From the human T2T-CHM13v2.0 reference genome, Homo sapiens, in the NCBI RefSeq assembly GCF_009914755.1, contig NC_060928.1: DNA of 64,000 nt; one strand, written 5' to 3'. Each line of letters opens with the position of its first letter. The first letter of the stretch is position 1. Both the position numbers and the translations under genes were made by a program. The notes beneath the pieces were generated by a model. That model was not told the DNA's origin, made no database searches, and saw nothing but the letters and a program-made list of their open reading frames with translations. This document shows, piece by piece, positions 1 through 12,396 of this stretch.

Positions 1-357
1 TTATTACATTTTAATATATAAGGAAATAACTATATAACTTACCATAATGTAGAATCAGTGGAAGCCCTGAGCTTCTTTTACTGCAACTAGATGGTCCCAT
101 CTGGGAGTGATGGGAGACAGTAAAAGATCATCAGGCATTAGATTCTCACAAGGAGCGCGGAACCTAGATCCCTCCCATAGGCAGTTCACAATAGGGTTCG
201 CACTCCCAAGAGAATCTAACGCTGCTGCTGATCTGACAGGAGGTGGAGCTCAGGCGGTAATGCTCCCTTGCCCACTGCTCACCTCCTGCTGTGCAGCCTG
301 GTTCCTAACAGGCCGTGGACCAGTGTCAGTCCGTGGCCCAGGAATTGGGGACCCTTG
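1..357 (+). mobile_element. MER1A (hAT-Charlie non-autonomous DNA transposon), 3' part; 5' end lies outside the window
   Basis: Matches recalled MER1A consensus (gtagaatcagtggaagccctgagc...caggcattagattctcacaaggagcgcg...ggggacccttg); followed by Charlie-type NTCTAGAN-like target site ccctagag (358-365). Confidence 0.9.
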
Positions 358-1081
358 CCCTAGAGCAACTATTGTGTTTACTTGTGTCTTCTCTTCTAGA
401 TTCAGTTTCTTAAGAGCAAGAACTGAGTCACTTCCGTTTGACCAGCATGTAGCATCATGCCTGGTCTGGGTAAGAGAAATAAAGATTATGGATAATCCAA
501 AAGCTTTCAATCTCCTTTCATGTCTTTCACAATAAACCTTTGTTGAAGACTGCTGTGGAAGTAATGCCTACTTTGAGGAACTAAAACCTTTCCTGACACC
601 ATCACAAGGAAAGGGGCAAAGAAAGAGTGGCAGAAGGAAAAGGAGAGGGGGAGGGGTTGAAAATTCTAAATAGCACGGTGGTTATAAGTGGGTCATCGTG
701 GTATTCCACATGCATTCCACTGCTGTGTTATGTCCCACATATGAGGTCTGAGGGTGCCCTATTACCTCCTGGTCTAAAATCCAGTAAAGAACAAGAGTCC
801 CATATTAGCTTGTGGATCCTCAGTGGTGGCAAAGAGGAAGACTGGTCCTGCTGATGGCAGTAAAACAGGGCTCTCAGTCAATGCCAGATCTATCCAGAGT
901 GTCACTCTCTGCCTATTCAACATTAAACAAATGACTGAAATCTTGGTACTGCCTTTTGAGTCACTTTCTTCCTCAATCTCTAGTTCAAAGAGAATAAAGC
1001 CTAAACAAAAAGTCACCTCGATTATGGAAGTTTTTTCCTCACACATTTACACCCCCTGAGTCAGTCAGGGACCAGACTTAC

Positions 1082-1096
1082 TTGAAATCCTACATG
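1082..1096 (-). other. Candidate 15-nt microexon (CATGTAGGATTTCAA) of an unidentified minus-strand gene
   Basis: Minus strand reads tgtgcatccccctgtctctttCAG|CATGTAGGATTTCAA|GTAAGT: pyrimidine tract plus CAG, consensus donor, length divisible by 3. Splice signals only; no transcript evidence. Confidence 0.35.
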
Positions 1097-2934
1097 CTGA
1101 AAGAGACAGGGGGATGCACAAGGTCATGCCTTTCCAAGTCTCTCTAGCCATAAGGACCCCACTGCCTCCCAGAGCTTGAGCAAGGAGGTCTTGGCGACTG
1201 TAATGTGCAGACGATAACAGAGCAATGATAAAAATCCTCCAGCTGGAGTGGAGTCGCCTGACCGTCACTGGAGCCTCCAGCCCTGTTTCCTGTGCAGGGC
1301 ACATTGGAAACACATTGGTGTTATTTTCCCTTTTTAAAAGCTGTTTTATGTTTCAGCTTTCAAGTTGTCCCAGTCACTGCGTCATGGCATCATCACATAC
1401 CAACTCAATGTGTTTCATGTTCATTTGGAGAGAACATTCCCTCCCTTCCCCTTCTGAGAAATAAAAAGGAAGATGCTGGTGTTGTGGATAAGCAGCTATA
1501 GGAGTATATGCGGCTTGGGGTGAGAAGAGGGAGAACAAAATGAAATTCTAACTAATCTGGCCCATCTCATCTCAGAAAACCAGAACTCTGTGAATGATTT
1601 ATGATTCTCCTGACCCTCACAGCAATGCAGATTGTGGCTCTTGCCAAGAACAAATTAGGCTGTCTGCATCTGTTACTTTTCCCAACCAAGAAAATCTCCT
1701 TGTGTGAGGAAGGAGCAAGGTCAGCAGCCAGGACAAAGGATCAACCCAAGAGAAGGAAAAGATAAGGCTGCATTCCAGTGCTTCTATTGGAAACACCACT
1801 CACTGGAAGCAAAATCAAGTCTTCTTTCAAAACTCAGAATGAGCACTTGGTTGCATGTGTGCATCTAAAATACTCAGAATAAAAAACAAAATAGAATACT
1901 CAGAACAGCAGTGCCATCAGGCACATTCCAAACGTTTAACCCTTATCTTGCTTCAGGGGCATGCATGACTCCAGGCCAGCTATTGACTAGGTTTGGCTCA
2001 GGTAACCATGACCTTATTCCCCCAGACTGAGGGTACCTCTCCATGCCACAGTCCTGGAAATCTTTAGGACTGAACCCCTCTGCGCCCACTTCAGAACTTT
2101 TCCCTTAGGCTCCTGCTATGTCCAATGAGTTGTTATTGTTGGCTCCATGTGTAGCTTTTGAAGGGAGCTTGAGGTTTCCCTCCTCCCACTCAAGCCCCAA
2201 AAGAAAGGCCCTCTGCACTTGGATCAAGGGATCAAAGAGCTCTCAGGAAAACACAGGAGGGCCCTGGTGTTAGGGGCAACTGGAACTTTCCGTGGCAGGA
2301 ATAGAAAGGCGAAAAAGCCTATTGTAGTGTGTCTTCTCATCCTTCCCAGGAGCACGTGCAGAAAGACAAGCCTCCTACTTGTGGGGGGCCCACTTTGGAG
2401 TAGAACCAGGGGATGGGAGCTCTGGAGTGGATAAGGCCATTAGGTGTGGTCTAGTGTTCAGAGAAAGGCTTTCTAAGATTGCTTTTTCATTTTATTGCTG
2501 GCCTGGGGAATGGTAAAGCATCAAAAAGGCCAACCTCAGGGCTTAGGCCTGGGGAAAACAGGTTCCTTCACCTCAGAGAAAATAGACTTTAGGCAAAAAC
2601 AGACCCAGAGGCTTCTATATGGTGTAACCCCCTCACCAACCTAGACAGTCAGATAAGGAATTAGGGCCAAACCCCAACTATTTGATGAGGAGTCTGTCTT
2701 TGCCCAGAGGGTCTTCTATGCCTATATCCCTGGCAGCCCTTGGACTCTGGGATTTGGCATGGTGCTAAAAATATCTTCTCAAGAGACACACAATTAAAAG
2801 TTAAGATAGTCTAGCTTGTTCTGACTACTAATCAAGAGTAGTAACATTATTTTCCTTATATTCTTCCTCATTAGATGATCTAATTCTTTCAAATACCTGG
2901 TAGAATATTGGTATAAATGCAAGGGACTTTTGAG

Positions 2935-3040
2935 TGGATGAAACCCAACCCCTTCATTTTACAGATGGTTAAGTTAGGATCCAGAGAGATTATTTCTCTA
3001 GGCTAGGTCACCCTGCTAGTTAGTGGTGAAACTGAGATGA
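2935..3040 (-). mobile_element. MIR SINE fragment
   Basis: MIR core cccttcattttacagatg...ggtcaccctgctagttagtgg. Confidence 0.7.
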
Positions 3041-3119
3041 GTGCACAAGGAAAGCTGCAGTCATTGGCAAGGCCTGGGATAATGAAAAAAACATGTAACA
3101 CTGAAGGGGTAAAATCTTA

Positions 3120-3215
3120 GCAATCATCCATCAGATACTCAGTAAAGTCCTACTATGTGCCAGGCACTGCAAGGCTGAAGTGTGAGGTCAGACAGACATA
3201 GCCACTGACCTCGCA
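3120..3215 (-). mobile_element. L2 3'-end fragment
   Basis: cctactatgtgccaggcactg, the L2 3' tail motif in antisense. Confidence 0.65.
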
Positions 3216-4899
3216 GGAGATAGAAAATACTGTAAGTACCAAACAACAAGAAATGGAAGCAAGGCTAGTTTTACTTCAAAGAAGAATGAGTGCTTTGCAT
3301 CCTGAGAAACTTTTAGGTACCATGGCCAACTGCATATTCAGCCGTCAGAGTATGTCAATGATAAGAGATTAAATCCTTCTTGTTCATATATATGAATGTA
3401 TTATTTCCACATTCATGAAAATGAAAGGGAAAGTTAATTTCAAAAGAACTATCTCAACTTTGCTAGTGCCAGCCCCTTTAGCCCCAGCTGGAGAAACAAC
3501 TGTAGGTGTGGAGCCACACTTCTTTGTAGTCAGGAGGAACTCCTTCCTGGTAAGATCACCCAAAAAGAAGACTGATGCTCAACCACAGCTGGCAAGAACG
3601 ACAGAGTCACAAATGGACTGCGCATTTACTCCTGACTCTGCAAAAATGAAAAACAAGAGTGATGCTTCAAAATACTAAAGGAAATACTTTTGAGTAATAA
3701 TCAATAATAATAATAATATTAACAATAATGACATGGTATGCCATTAACACACTGTTTAGACTAAAACACATTTTGGGGTGTTATGATCCATTCCAACAGT
3801 CCCTGAGCTATAGGGTTGGAGAACAAAGTTCCATGAAAATAAACCCTCATCTGGGGCAAAATCCACCTTATCCTTTTCTGTAAATCCAGCCAAATGTATG
3901 CTTCCTACTATTTCCTCTGAAATTTAATTTCAGGGCATTTTGAATTAGCAATAAGGGTTAATACATGGAGTTGACTTTTAAAGAATTGAATGATTATTAC
4001 TTTCAAGAACATAAGATGAGCCTTCAAGAGTGTTGGCGAGTAAAATCCCTGGGCACCTGCTTTAACAGATTGACAAGGACTACATATAATTAGCACCCTG
4101 ATTGCCTATACCCTAAAACCTTCTTTACACCAATCAATTGCTTTGACTCCCTAATTTCACAGGACAAAAGAGACTTCAGTCCAATACCAGTGTGAATGAC
4201 CATGAATCTACTCAAAATTAGTAGACTGTGAATGAATTCATTTGTATTCCATTTAATAACTCTCATCAGATTGCAATTCTGTTCCTCTTGCCCAGAGGTA
4301 GTGTGTTACGAAAATGGTTGGGGGCAGGAAGGAGGTGACACAAATCAGAGGGAACTGTGGGAGGTATCAACATGAGAGGGGCATTTATTTTTCTTTGTTT
4401 TGGTTTTTGCCTTGATGAAAAATTTGTAAAAACAAATTGGACTACGATATTTCACATTCAACTCAGCTGACTGTGTGTCTGACAGGACCTGGTATGTGTG
4501 GAGGGCAGGGACATCAAGGTAAAATGTGCGAAGGGTCATGTTTCCCCTGCCAACCCCTATTAAATACTGTTTGACATTCTCGTCCATTTGACTATGAGCT
4601 TTACACTTTTTGCCTGCTTCTTCTATAATGTTGTTTTTGGGTAAACCACGACTTCTTTGAAATCACCAAAAGAGAACACCATCTGTTGCATTATGATCAT
4701 CACGGTTCAAGGTCAGGCCACTGTGAGAGTCTAAAGAGGTGTCAGAGACGACTTCCTTGTTGTCCTCTCTGATCCTCCTGGGCTGTTCTGTGCAATGGGA
4801 AGGATGGCAGTCGCTGAGCTGCTGGGACACTGGGCAGCCTCCTCTGGTTGGCATTTCTCCTGTGGTCTATTTATTTACCTGTGTGTTCCACACAAGCCA

Positions 4900-4997
4900 G
4901 GGAGCTCCTCAGGGACTGTATTTTCTTAATCTTTGCACTCCTGTCCAGCAAGCCCTCAGGCACAGTGCCTGGGGCATAGCAGATGCTCACTAAATGG
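4900..4997 (+). mobile_element. L2 3'-end fragment
   Basis: gcacagtgcctggggcatagcagatgctcactaaat. Confidence 0.65.
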
Positions 4998-5199
4998 TGG
5001 GACTGGATAATGGGATGTTGCGGGAGGCAGGGACTGCAAACTCAAGTGCTTTCACAGGGTACTGCCTTTGCTCCCTTTGGTATCCAGTCTGAGGAGAGCA
5101 CAGGTTGAGAAAGGCCAGAAAAGCCTCGTACCTGGAACGCCCATTAGGTGGCCAGGTGATGGTAGACACCTGAATTCTGTTGGAGGCCCCAAACAGATT

Positions 5200-5365
5200 T
5201 TGCTCTCTATATCTAAAAATCAAAAGATTTCACATACAAATAGAGACTTTCAGCTTCTCTAGAAAAACTAGATACTACAAAATTCGGCCCACATTCCAAC
5301 TCAGCAACAAGTGGCTGGAGCTGCTCCCTTTAGATGGGACACAGTCTCCAACCACCCACCATTCA
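5200..5365 (+). mobile_element. MER102-like hAT-Charlie fragment
   Basis: aaaaatcaaaagatttcacata...cagcttctctagaaaa...gcaacaagtggctggagctgctccctttagatggg resembles the MER102 internal consensus. Confidence 0.55.
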
Positions 5366-5711
5366 TGTTTATACTATCTGTGTGGCTCCATGAGGCATCT
5401 GACTTTGCACCTATTCTACTGGAGGAAAGGTAAGAAATCCAGCCAGATTGTGTACAGAGGAGCCAGGGGATCCATAAGCTGAGTCCTGAGTTCCAAAGTT
5501 CCCAGGCCATAGCGCCAAGCATCACGTTACCCAGAGTCTTGGCCTATCTTCCAGGCCAGCCTACTGCCCCTGGTCCTCGCTGTGGGTATCCTTTGAACAG
5601 GTTTGGTAGATTTGTACCAGCAGAGAGAAGCAAGAGTCCCTCATGGGAAGGGCACTTGTTGTTGAGGACCTGTTACACTAACATAGCAACAACTCAACAT
5701 GTGCTTGTTGA

Positions 5712-5840
5712 TTGACAGGAGGCAGAGCTCAGGCGGTGAAAAAGGGTCTTTGCCTACCACTCACTTCCTGGTATACGGCCTGGTTCCTAAGAGGCCACAG
5801 GCCTATACCAGTCCATGACCCGGGGGTTTGGGGACCCCTG
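5712..5840 (+). mobile_element. MER1 (A/B) 3'-terminal fragment
   Basis: tgacaggaggcagagctcaggcggt...gggtttggggacccctg followed by target-like ctctagaa; left part missing. Confidence 0.85.
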
Positions 5841-6654
5841 CTCTAGAAGGATCTAGCATTCTTCTAGCATAGAAGTCATTAATCAAGAACAATGAATTAG
5901 ATTAGAGTAAACACTATGACACTGGCTGCTTTCTTTGTAAAACAACACTAGCAATTTTGATACTTCTCAAATATAACTTTGCAATACAGTAATCAAAGCT
6001 AACTGCAGTTATGTAGCACAGTGCAGCTACCTCCTTAGAACTAAGTTTGCTGAAGGGCTGTTTAGTGCTCATGTTGTCTTTGGGGAGGGAGCATACAGTG
6101 GCTCCAGAGAACTGAAGATGTCTCCCACAAAGGGAGGTTCTACAGTGAGAATTTACGTTTGTAAATTGTTGTTCTTTCTACCAGGACAGTCAGGAGAGCA
6201 CACAGCAGCACGGGAATTAACCCTAATTACACTGAAGAATTTACATTGGAGGTACAGTACTTCCCTTTTAGCGTTACTGATTTGCCTTTTACCGAACTGT
6301 TTTTCCAGTATTTTGTTTCTCTTTGTTTATTTGGCTTGATTAGGTGGTTTGCTTGATTTGTAATTTAAAAAATACAAAAACATGGCTTTTTATTACTTGT
6401 AAAAGGAATTTCCAACTATGTTGCATGGCGACAATGCTTAGCTTTATTAATAAACTAAAACAAACTAGTTTTCCACATGAAAGGTAGATAGTAAGATTAT
6501 TATTTTAGTAGTTTAATCTTTTAACAGTGAAATAGGTGTATAGGACAATACAAAACGGTGAAGTGTGATTAAAACTTGAACACTCAAAATTGACGTTAAA
6601 TTCCTATGTATATGTTTGGGAATATGTATATGTTGGTATATTTAAGGAGAGAAG

Positions 6655-6890
6655 AAAGCTTACATTTATTGCACACCAAGCATTGTGCTAGATACTTTAC
6701 CTACAATGTCTCACTTAATCCTCAGAGTAAATTTATAAGAGATGCATTATTATGCCATTTTACAGATGAGGACACTGAGGGTTTGAGAGTTTACATAATT
6801 GGCCCAAATTAATCTAAGTAGTAAGCTGTAAAGCTAAGACTTGAATCCAAGGTGTCCACGTACAAAGCCAACATTTTTTCCACTATTTGC
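6655..6890 (-). mobile_element. MIR SINE
   Basis: cattttacagatgaggacactgagg core with flanking MIR-like sequence. Confidence 0.85.
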
Positions 6891-7454
6891 TATTAAGTGA
6901 TCTTGTGGTTTACTGAATAATAAATAACTATTCAATAATTATTGGATGTCCTGTAATAATCTGACAGCTTGGTCATGGTTGTCAAGGAGAAGGGAAGAGG
7001 AAGGTCAGAATGATACGGTTCAAAAAGGAAGCATCAGAGCAGAGAAAGGCACCAAGAGAGGCCCCTTGTGAGAAACACACGAATAAGGGGATGATGGGGA
7101 CAGGGCTTAAAGGTGGCATAATAAATAATCATGACTATCTCCCTTTCTCTTTATAAAGGATTTTAGTGGTAAGTAGCTGGATTTCCAAGCCAAACAGGGA
7201 GCAAGAGGTGAGGATATGTCAGAGAAGGCAGATTTGCTTGATAGACTTAGAAGGCCTGGAGAGGATACCACCACCAGACGGCACCAACATTGCTTGTCTG
7301 ATATACAGCACTGGGTGGGGTATCTTTCTTCCTACTATGAACAACAGCAGCCTTGCTTAATATCACTGGGGAAGGGTAAGTTTTCTTCCTATTAACAACA
7401 ACCACTACTAGGATTACTATCCCCACCACTACCAATCTTGCATTTATTCAGCAT

Positions 7455-7580
7455 TGGTTTCAACTCAACTAACATTTCTTGAGCCCCTCCTATGAGCCTT
7501 GATACAGTTTTAGGCAATGGGTATAAGGATATGGGCAAAGAAAAGACAATCCCTGTCTTCTGGAACTTAAAGATCTATAA
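7455..7580 (-). mobile_element. L2 fragment
   Basis: aacatttcttgagcccctcctatg...taggcaatggg...aagacaatccctgtcttc. Confidence 0.55.
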
Positions 7581-7640
7581 GCAAATATATAAACAAATGG
7601 GTCTCTACTACATTTAAGCTCTACAAGGTCAGAGACCTGT

Positions 7641-8060
7641 TGTACCAGTCTGTTCTCACACTGCTATAAAGGAATATCTGAGCCTGGACAATTTATAAGG
7701 AAAAGAGGTTTAATTGGCTCATGGTTCCACAGGCTGTACAGGAAGCATGGTGGAATCTGCTTCTAGGGAGACCTCAGGGAGCTTTTACTCATGGCGGAAG
7801 GCAAAACGGGAGCAGATATCTTACATGGTGGGAGTAGGAAGAAGAGAGAGAGGTGGGAGGTGCTACACACTTTTAAATAACCAGATCTCATGACAATTCA
7901 CTCGCTCACTATCAGCAGAACAGCACTGAGGGGATGGTGCTAACCCATTCACGAGAACTCTGCCCCCATGATCCAGTCCCCTCCCATTGGGCCCCACCAC
8001 CAACACGGGATTACAATTCAACATGAGGTTTGGGTGGGGACACAGATCCAAACCAGATCA
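7641..8060 (-). mobile_element. MST (MSTA/MSTB) MaLR solo LTR
   Basis: Complete LTR with TG...CA ends: tgtaccagtctgttctcacactgctataaag...gggtggggacacagatccaaaccagatca. Confidence 0.92.
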
Positions 8061-8109
8061 CCCATCTCTCTCTTTTCCCTCTCTCCCTTCCTTTCGTCCT
8101 TCTTTTCTT

Positions 8110-8208
8110 TCTTTCATTCATGCCATATGGCAGGCACTGTTCTTGGCCCTGGGAGTAGAGTGATAAACAAAAGACACGGATCTCTGTCCTCATCAGACTT
8201 ACGTTTTA
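8110..8208 (-). mobile_element. L2 fragment
   Basis: ggcaggcactgttcttggccctggg...aaacaaaagacacggatctctgtcctcat. Confidence 0.6.
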
Positions 8209-8211
8209 GAG

Positions 8212-8415
8212 CTGTGCTGTTCAATACAGTAATCAGTAGCCACATGTAGCTATTTACATGTACATATGAAGTAATAAAATTACACATTTGGTTCCTCTGT
8301 TGCACTAGCCACATTTCAAGTGCTCAATAGCCATCTATGGGTAGCAGCTATCATACTGGGTAATGCAGATATAGGACATTTCCATCCTCACAGAATGTTC
8401 TACGAGATACCACTG
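8212..8415. mobile_element. MER3 hAT-Charlie DNA transposon
   Basis: tagccacatgtagctattt...gcactagccacatttcaagtgctcaatagcc...acatttccatcctcacagaatgttcta. Confidence 0.88.
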
Positions 8416-9339
8416 TCTTCAAGTTTTATTTGCAGTTAGATTTTTAGAATCTACCACTGTGCCTGGCACATAGAAAGCAGTATTAAACTGTCATTAAATG
8501 TTAGAGTAGAGTGATAAGGACAACAATAAAGTTGTGTCCCTGTACAGAAATTGCACAGAGGGAGAAGAACTTAATGGGATGGGGTCAAGGAATATCTCCC
8601 AGAGGAGACAGAAACAGGTGATAGGATTTGAACTATGATAAGTTATGATGTACATTTGGTCAATGAAGGCAGCTTGCTACAACTCTAAGGAGGACAGTAG
8701 AAAAGGATTCCTTTCAAAGTTAAATCACAACCTTCATGATAGCACTGGTCAGATGCTTCTTGGATGGGTAGGCTGAAATGTAGGGGAAGACGAAAAGGGC
8801 ACAATAACAGTTTTCAAACCCCTGAGGAATTCTCATTAGGAGGATGTAAACAAAAAGCATGCCCTCCTTATTTTAGGAAATAAACAGTTTGCAATAAATG
8901 TCTGAAATAGTCCTGGTTCTTAAGTATTACTATGCTCTTCAAAATGAATGCTCTGTGAGGCCTTCCTTTTAATCAGCAAATATGCTAGTCAGAGCCTTCT
9001 ATAAAAAGAAGCAGTACTTAGGTGTCCATTCCTTAGCCACAAAAGGAAACTGAATAAGAACATGCACACGATATGTGGTCAGTGATGGAGACCTCTGAGG
9101 CCTGATTCAGAATAGCTGTAGTCTAGAGCTGCCCAATCCAGTGGGTATCTCAGCTACAGGAAAACCAGAAGATTGGAGAGCATGGAAAGGAACGTAAATG
9201 TGGGCCACACGGAGGACATGGTAGGTCAACTTCAATTACCCATGTCTGCTTACCAGAGAAATAGAAAGGTAATTATCTTGCATAAAGGTGATCTGGTGGC
9301 TGGCCAGACACCCACTGCCATTGTAATCAGAATAAGTCC

Positions 9340-9530
9340 CATAGCTAACATTCAGATAGCCCTTACACATGCCCGGCATTTACTACATTTAATTCCTACA
9401 ATGACCCTACAAGATAGGTACTATTATGATTCCTTTTGACAGAGGAAGGAACTAAGGCACGTAGATGTTAAGTAGCTTGCCCAAGGTCACACAGCTAAGT
9501 AGTAAGTGGTAGAGTTAGAATTTGAAAGCA
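9340..9530 (-). mobile_element. MIR SINE
   Basis: tttaatcc-like start, ggaactaaggcac...ttaagtagcttgcccaaggtcacacagct. Confidence 0.85.
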
Positions 9531-9807
9531 TTGATTATGTGCCAAGTGTGGCTGGGGACAGATGGGCCAATGGAGGTTAGGTGGTGAGAGGGTTCAACAC
9601 TTGCAAATACGGTCGGAGGCATTCTAGAAACTTCCTGTGGTGAATCCCCACCCTGACACCCTGAAGACAGATGGTGCACCACTGGAAGTAAGGAAGACAG
9701 TCAGGGAAACTGCTTATGGTTGGGGGTATTTTTAGGGGTAAAGTATCCATTCCCCCAGCACCCATGAAACCTCACTGCTCTCAGGACAGACAGAAATTTC
9801 TATTCTT

Positions 9808-10100
9808 TATTTTAAGACAGAGTCTCGCTCTGTCGCTCAGGCTGAAGTGACACCAGTGGCGTGATCTTGGCTCACTTCCACCTCTGCCTCCTGGGTTTAG
9901 TAATTCTCCTGCCTCAGCCTCCCCAGTAGCTGGGACTACAGGCATGTGCCACCACATCCGGATAATTTTTGTATTTTTAGTAGAGACGGGGTTTCACTAT
10001 GTTAGCCAGGCTGGTCTCGAACTCCTGACCTCAAGTGATCCACTCGTCTTTGGCCCCCTCAAAGTGTTGGGATTACAGGTGTGAGCCACTGTGCCCGGCC
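9808..10100 (-). mobile_element. AluS (Sx/Sz-like), full length
   Basis: Dimeric Alu in antisense; degenerate TSD agaaatttctattctt / aggatttctactctt. Confidence 0.95.
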
Positions 10101-11899
10101 AGGATTTCTACTCTTAACTTTGGTCATGACTCCACTCCCCAAGTCCATGAGACCAAGGTAATAGATGTTGGAGAGAGCTGCTAATTCTGTACTTTTCCAT
10201 AAAGTTGCAAGGAGAGTAAACAGCAGTAACCCACCACTGCTGATCTCTGCTGATAGGAAAGCCCCTGGCTTGCCTCCCGGAGGTCAGGCATTTGACCCTG
10301 CTCAGCAAAGAACAAGAGCCCCAAGTTCTGGCCAATTCTGCACCCTCAACCACTTCCACTTTTTCATAAGGAGAAGTTTGTGAGGTTTCCCTCTCCTCAT
10401 ACATTAAATTAAAGAGACAGCTGTAAGCACTATAAGATCTTCATGTTCCTTCATCGATAAGTAAGGCTGATTATTCCATTAAAACAGACTCCTGTTTTGG
10501 GAAAGATGATTCATTTTCTTAAATTTGCATCTATTTCCTGAAGTCCTTTGGCCCCTTAAAGAAGGGTCAAGCTATAATAAGATGGAACAATAAAACATTC
10601 AATCAGAGAGACACAAAGAGTATTACATTTAAAAAAAGGATTATATGCTCTTATCCTGACTGAAGCATGCTTCATAGTTGTGCTTTAGAATAACATCTAG
10701 ATTCTACTGAAACCTTCTACCTTGAGTGTGCATTCACAAAAGTAAAGCCGACATTCACCAACAGGGTTTTCTGCCACATACTTCATTGTACTAACTGGAG
10801 AACTTGCCCTTTAATAAGCCCTACTGAGTGTTATGCACTCCACTCCACACTCCAGGAGAAAAGAGGAAGGAGGGGGACCCAGCACTGTGTGTGTTCCTGG
10901 CCAAACCTCTCCCTCCCCGACTCCTGACGCTCCTTCAACCCTCACTGCCTCATGACTGCAATCTGCTTTGGGAACCATCAGGACCATCAAAAGCATGTCA
11001 TGCATCCCTTTGTACATCTGTCACCAGAGGGACCCAGTCATTCCTCATCACTCCTGTTCCCAAGATGGGCTCTGAAAATTCCTGCTCTCCCTCCATTTCC
11101 CCTTGCCCAGCCCCCAATCACTGTGCCTTCTGGACTCATGTCCATCACCAGCAAAAGCCTCTATGTTCTCAACTTCTTTGAAACTTCCTTTCACCTTGCT
11201 CCACCTAAAATTGGCTCTCCCCTCTACCATAGCTCTCTGAAGCAGTGGTTGTTTTCTCTCCTACAAACTTCACACCATTGGGCCTGGAGGTGAAGTAGAT
11301 ATTCGCCTTTCATCAAAAATAGGGGCAATATTGCCAATAGCAGCTATCTTCAAGAATACCCAGAGATTTTACTTGTTTGGCTTTAGAAGCAAACTGCTTT
11401 AAGGGATAAACTCCAGTCCAAGAATAAACATGCCTCTCCTGTCCTTGCTGAGTTACCTAAGTTATTAATAGCTTACTTAGTTAACTGAAGCAGGTTGTTT
11501 TCTTCAAATTCACAGGTTTTTTATTGAGTATAACCTGTTCTGTTTTAGGTTTTGAGGCAAGCTTAAAATATAGACTGTCCTCCCTAAACCTAATCTAGCT
11601 GGGGAAACAGAAGTTCATGTGGGAAATGACTAAAGGCATGCAAGTGATTTCCAAAGACCACATGTAAAACTCATTTTCATGCAGAGATCCCAGACTCAAG
11701 GCCTCTGGAAGTCAGGAAGGAGCATGGATTCAGGAACAGGCTGGGTAGAGGCCCTCACAAGTGAAGGGCATGGACCCCACCTGAACAGGGCAGCTCCTGC
11801 TTGCTCTGGCCAACTGTTGCTGTGGCCTATGGATCCCAACAGCCAGATCTTCCATTTTTTCAAGAGACACTAGAAATGCAGGTTTTAAAATGAAATATG

Positions 11900-12176
11900 G
11901 GCTGGGCACGGTGGCTCACGCCTATAATCCTAGCACTTTGGGAGGCCGAAGTGGGAGGACTGCCTGAGGTCTGGAGTTTGAGACCAACCTGGGCAACGTA
12001 ATGAGACCCTGTCTCTAAAAAAAAATTAAAAATCAGCTGGGCATGGTGGTACGTGCCTGTAGTCCCAGCCACTCAGAAGGCTGAGGGGAGGATTGCTTGA
12101 GCCCGGGAGTTTAAGGTTACAGTGAGCCATGATTGTGCCACTGCACTGCAGCCTTGGCAACAGAGTAAGACCTTGT
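11900..12176 (+). mobile_element. AluJ
   Basis: J diagnostics (gggaggattgcttgagccc, gtgagccatgat, gagaccctgtctct). Confidence 0.93.
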
Positions 12177-12177
12177 T

Positions 12178-12202
12178 GAGAGGAGAGAGAGGGAGAGAGG
12201 GA

Positions 12203-12246
<44 letters not shown>

Positions 12247-12348
12247 GAGAGAGAAAAGAAAGAGAGAAAGAAGGAAAGGAAGGAAAGAAGGAAGGAAGGA
12301 AGGAAGGAAGGGAGGGAGGGAGGGAGGGAGGGAGGGAGGGAGGAAGGA
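12178..12348 (+). repeat. 171-bp pure-purine compound microsatellite (GA)n-(GAAA)n-(GGAA)n-(GGGA)n replacing the Alu A-tail
   Basis: No pyrimidine on the + strand from 12178 to 12348. Confidence 0.97.
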
Positions 12349-12396
12349 TAGACTTGTTACTGATAATTGTTGCTTTGAAAATTTAAAAGCACTGTG

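Noticed and set aside
107-535. 142-aa ORF
   Set aside because: Mostly within non-coding MER1A; no recognisable protein features
1065-1313. 82-aa minus-strand ORF spanning the microexon candidate
   Set aside because: No recognisable protein similarity; runs through the donor site; only the splice signals were kept
5712-5840. Second MER1 end as a duplicate of, or composite-transposon partner to, 1-357
   Set aside because: Same end in the same orientation and many differences between copies; best read as an independent truncated insertion
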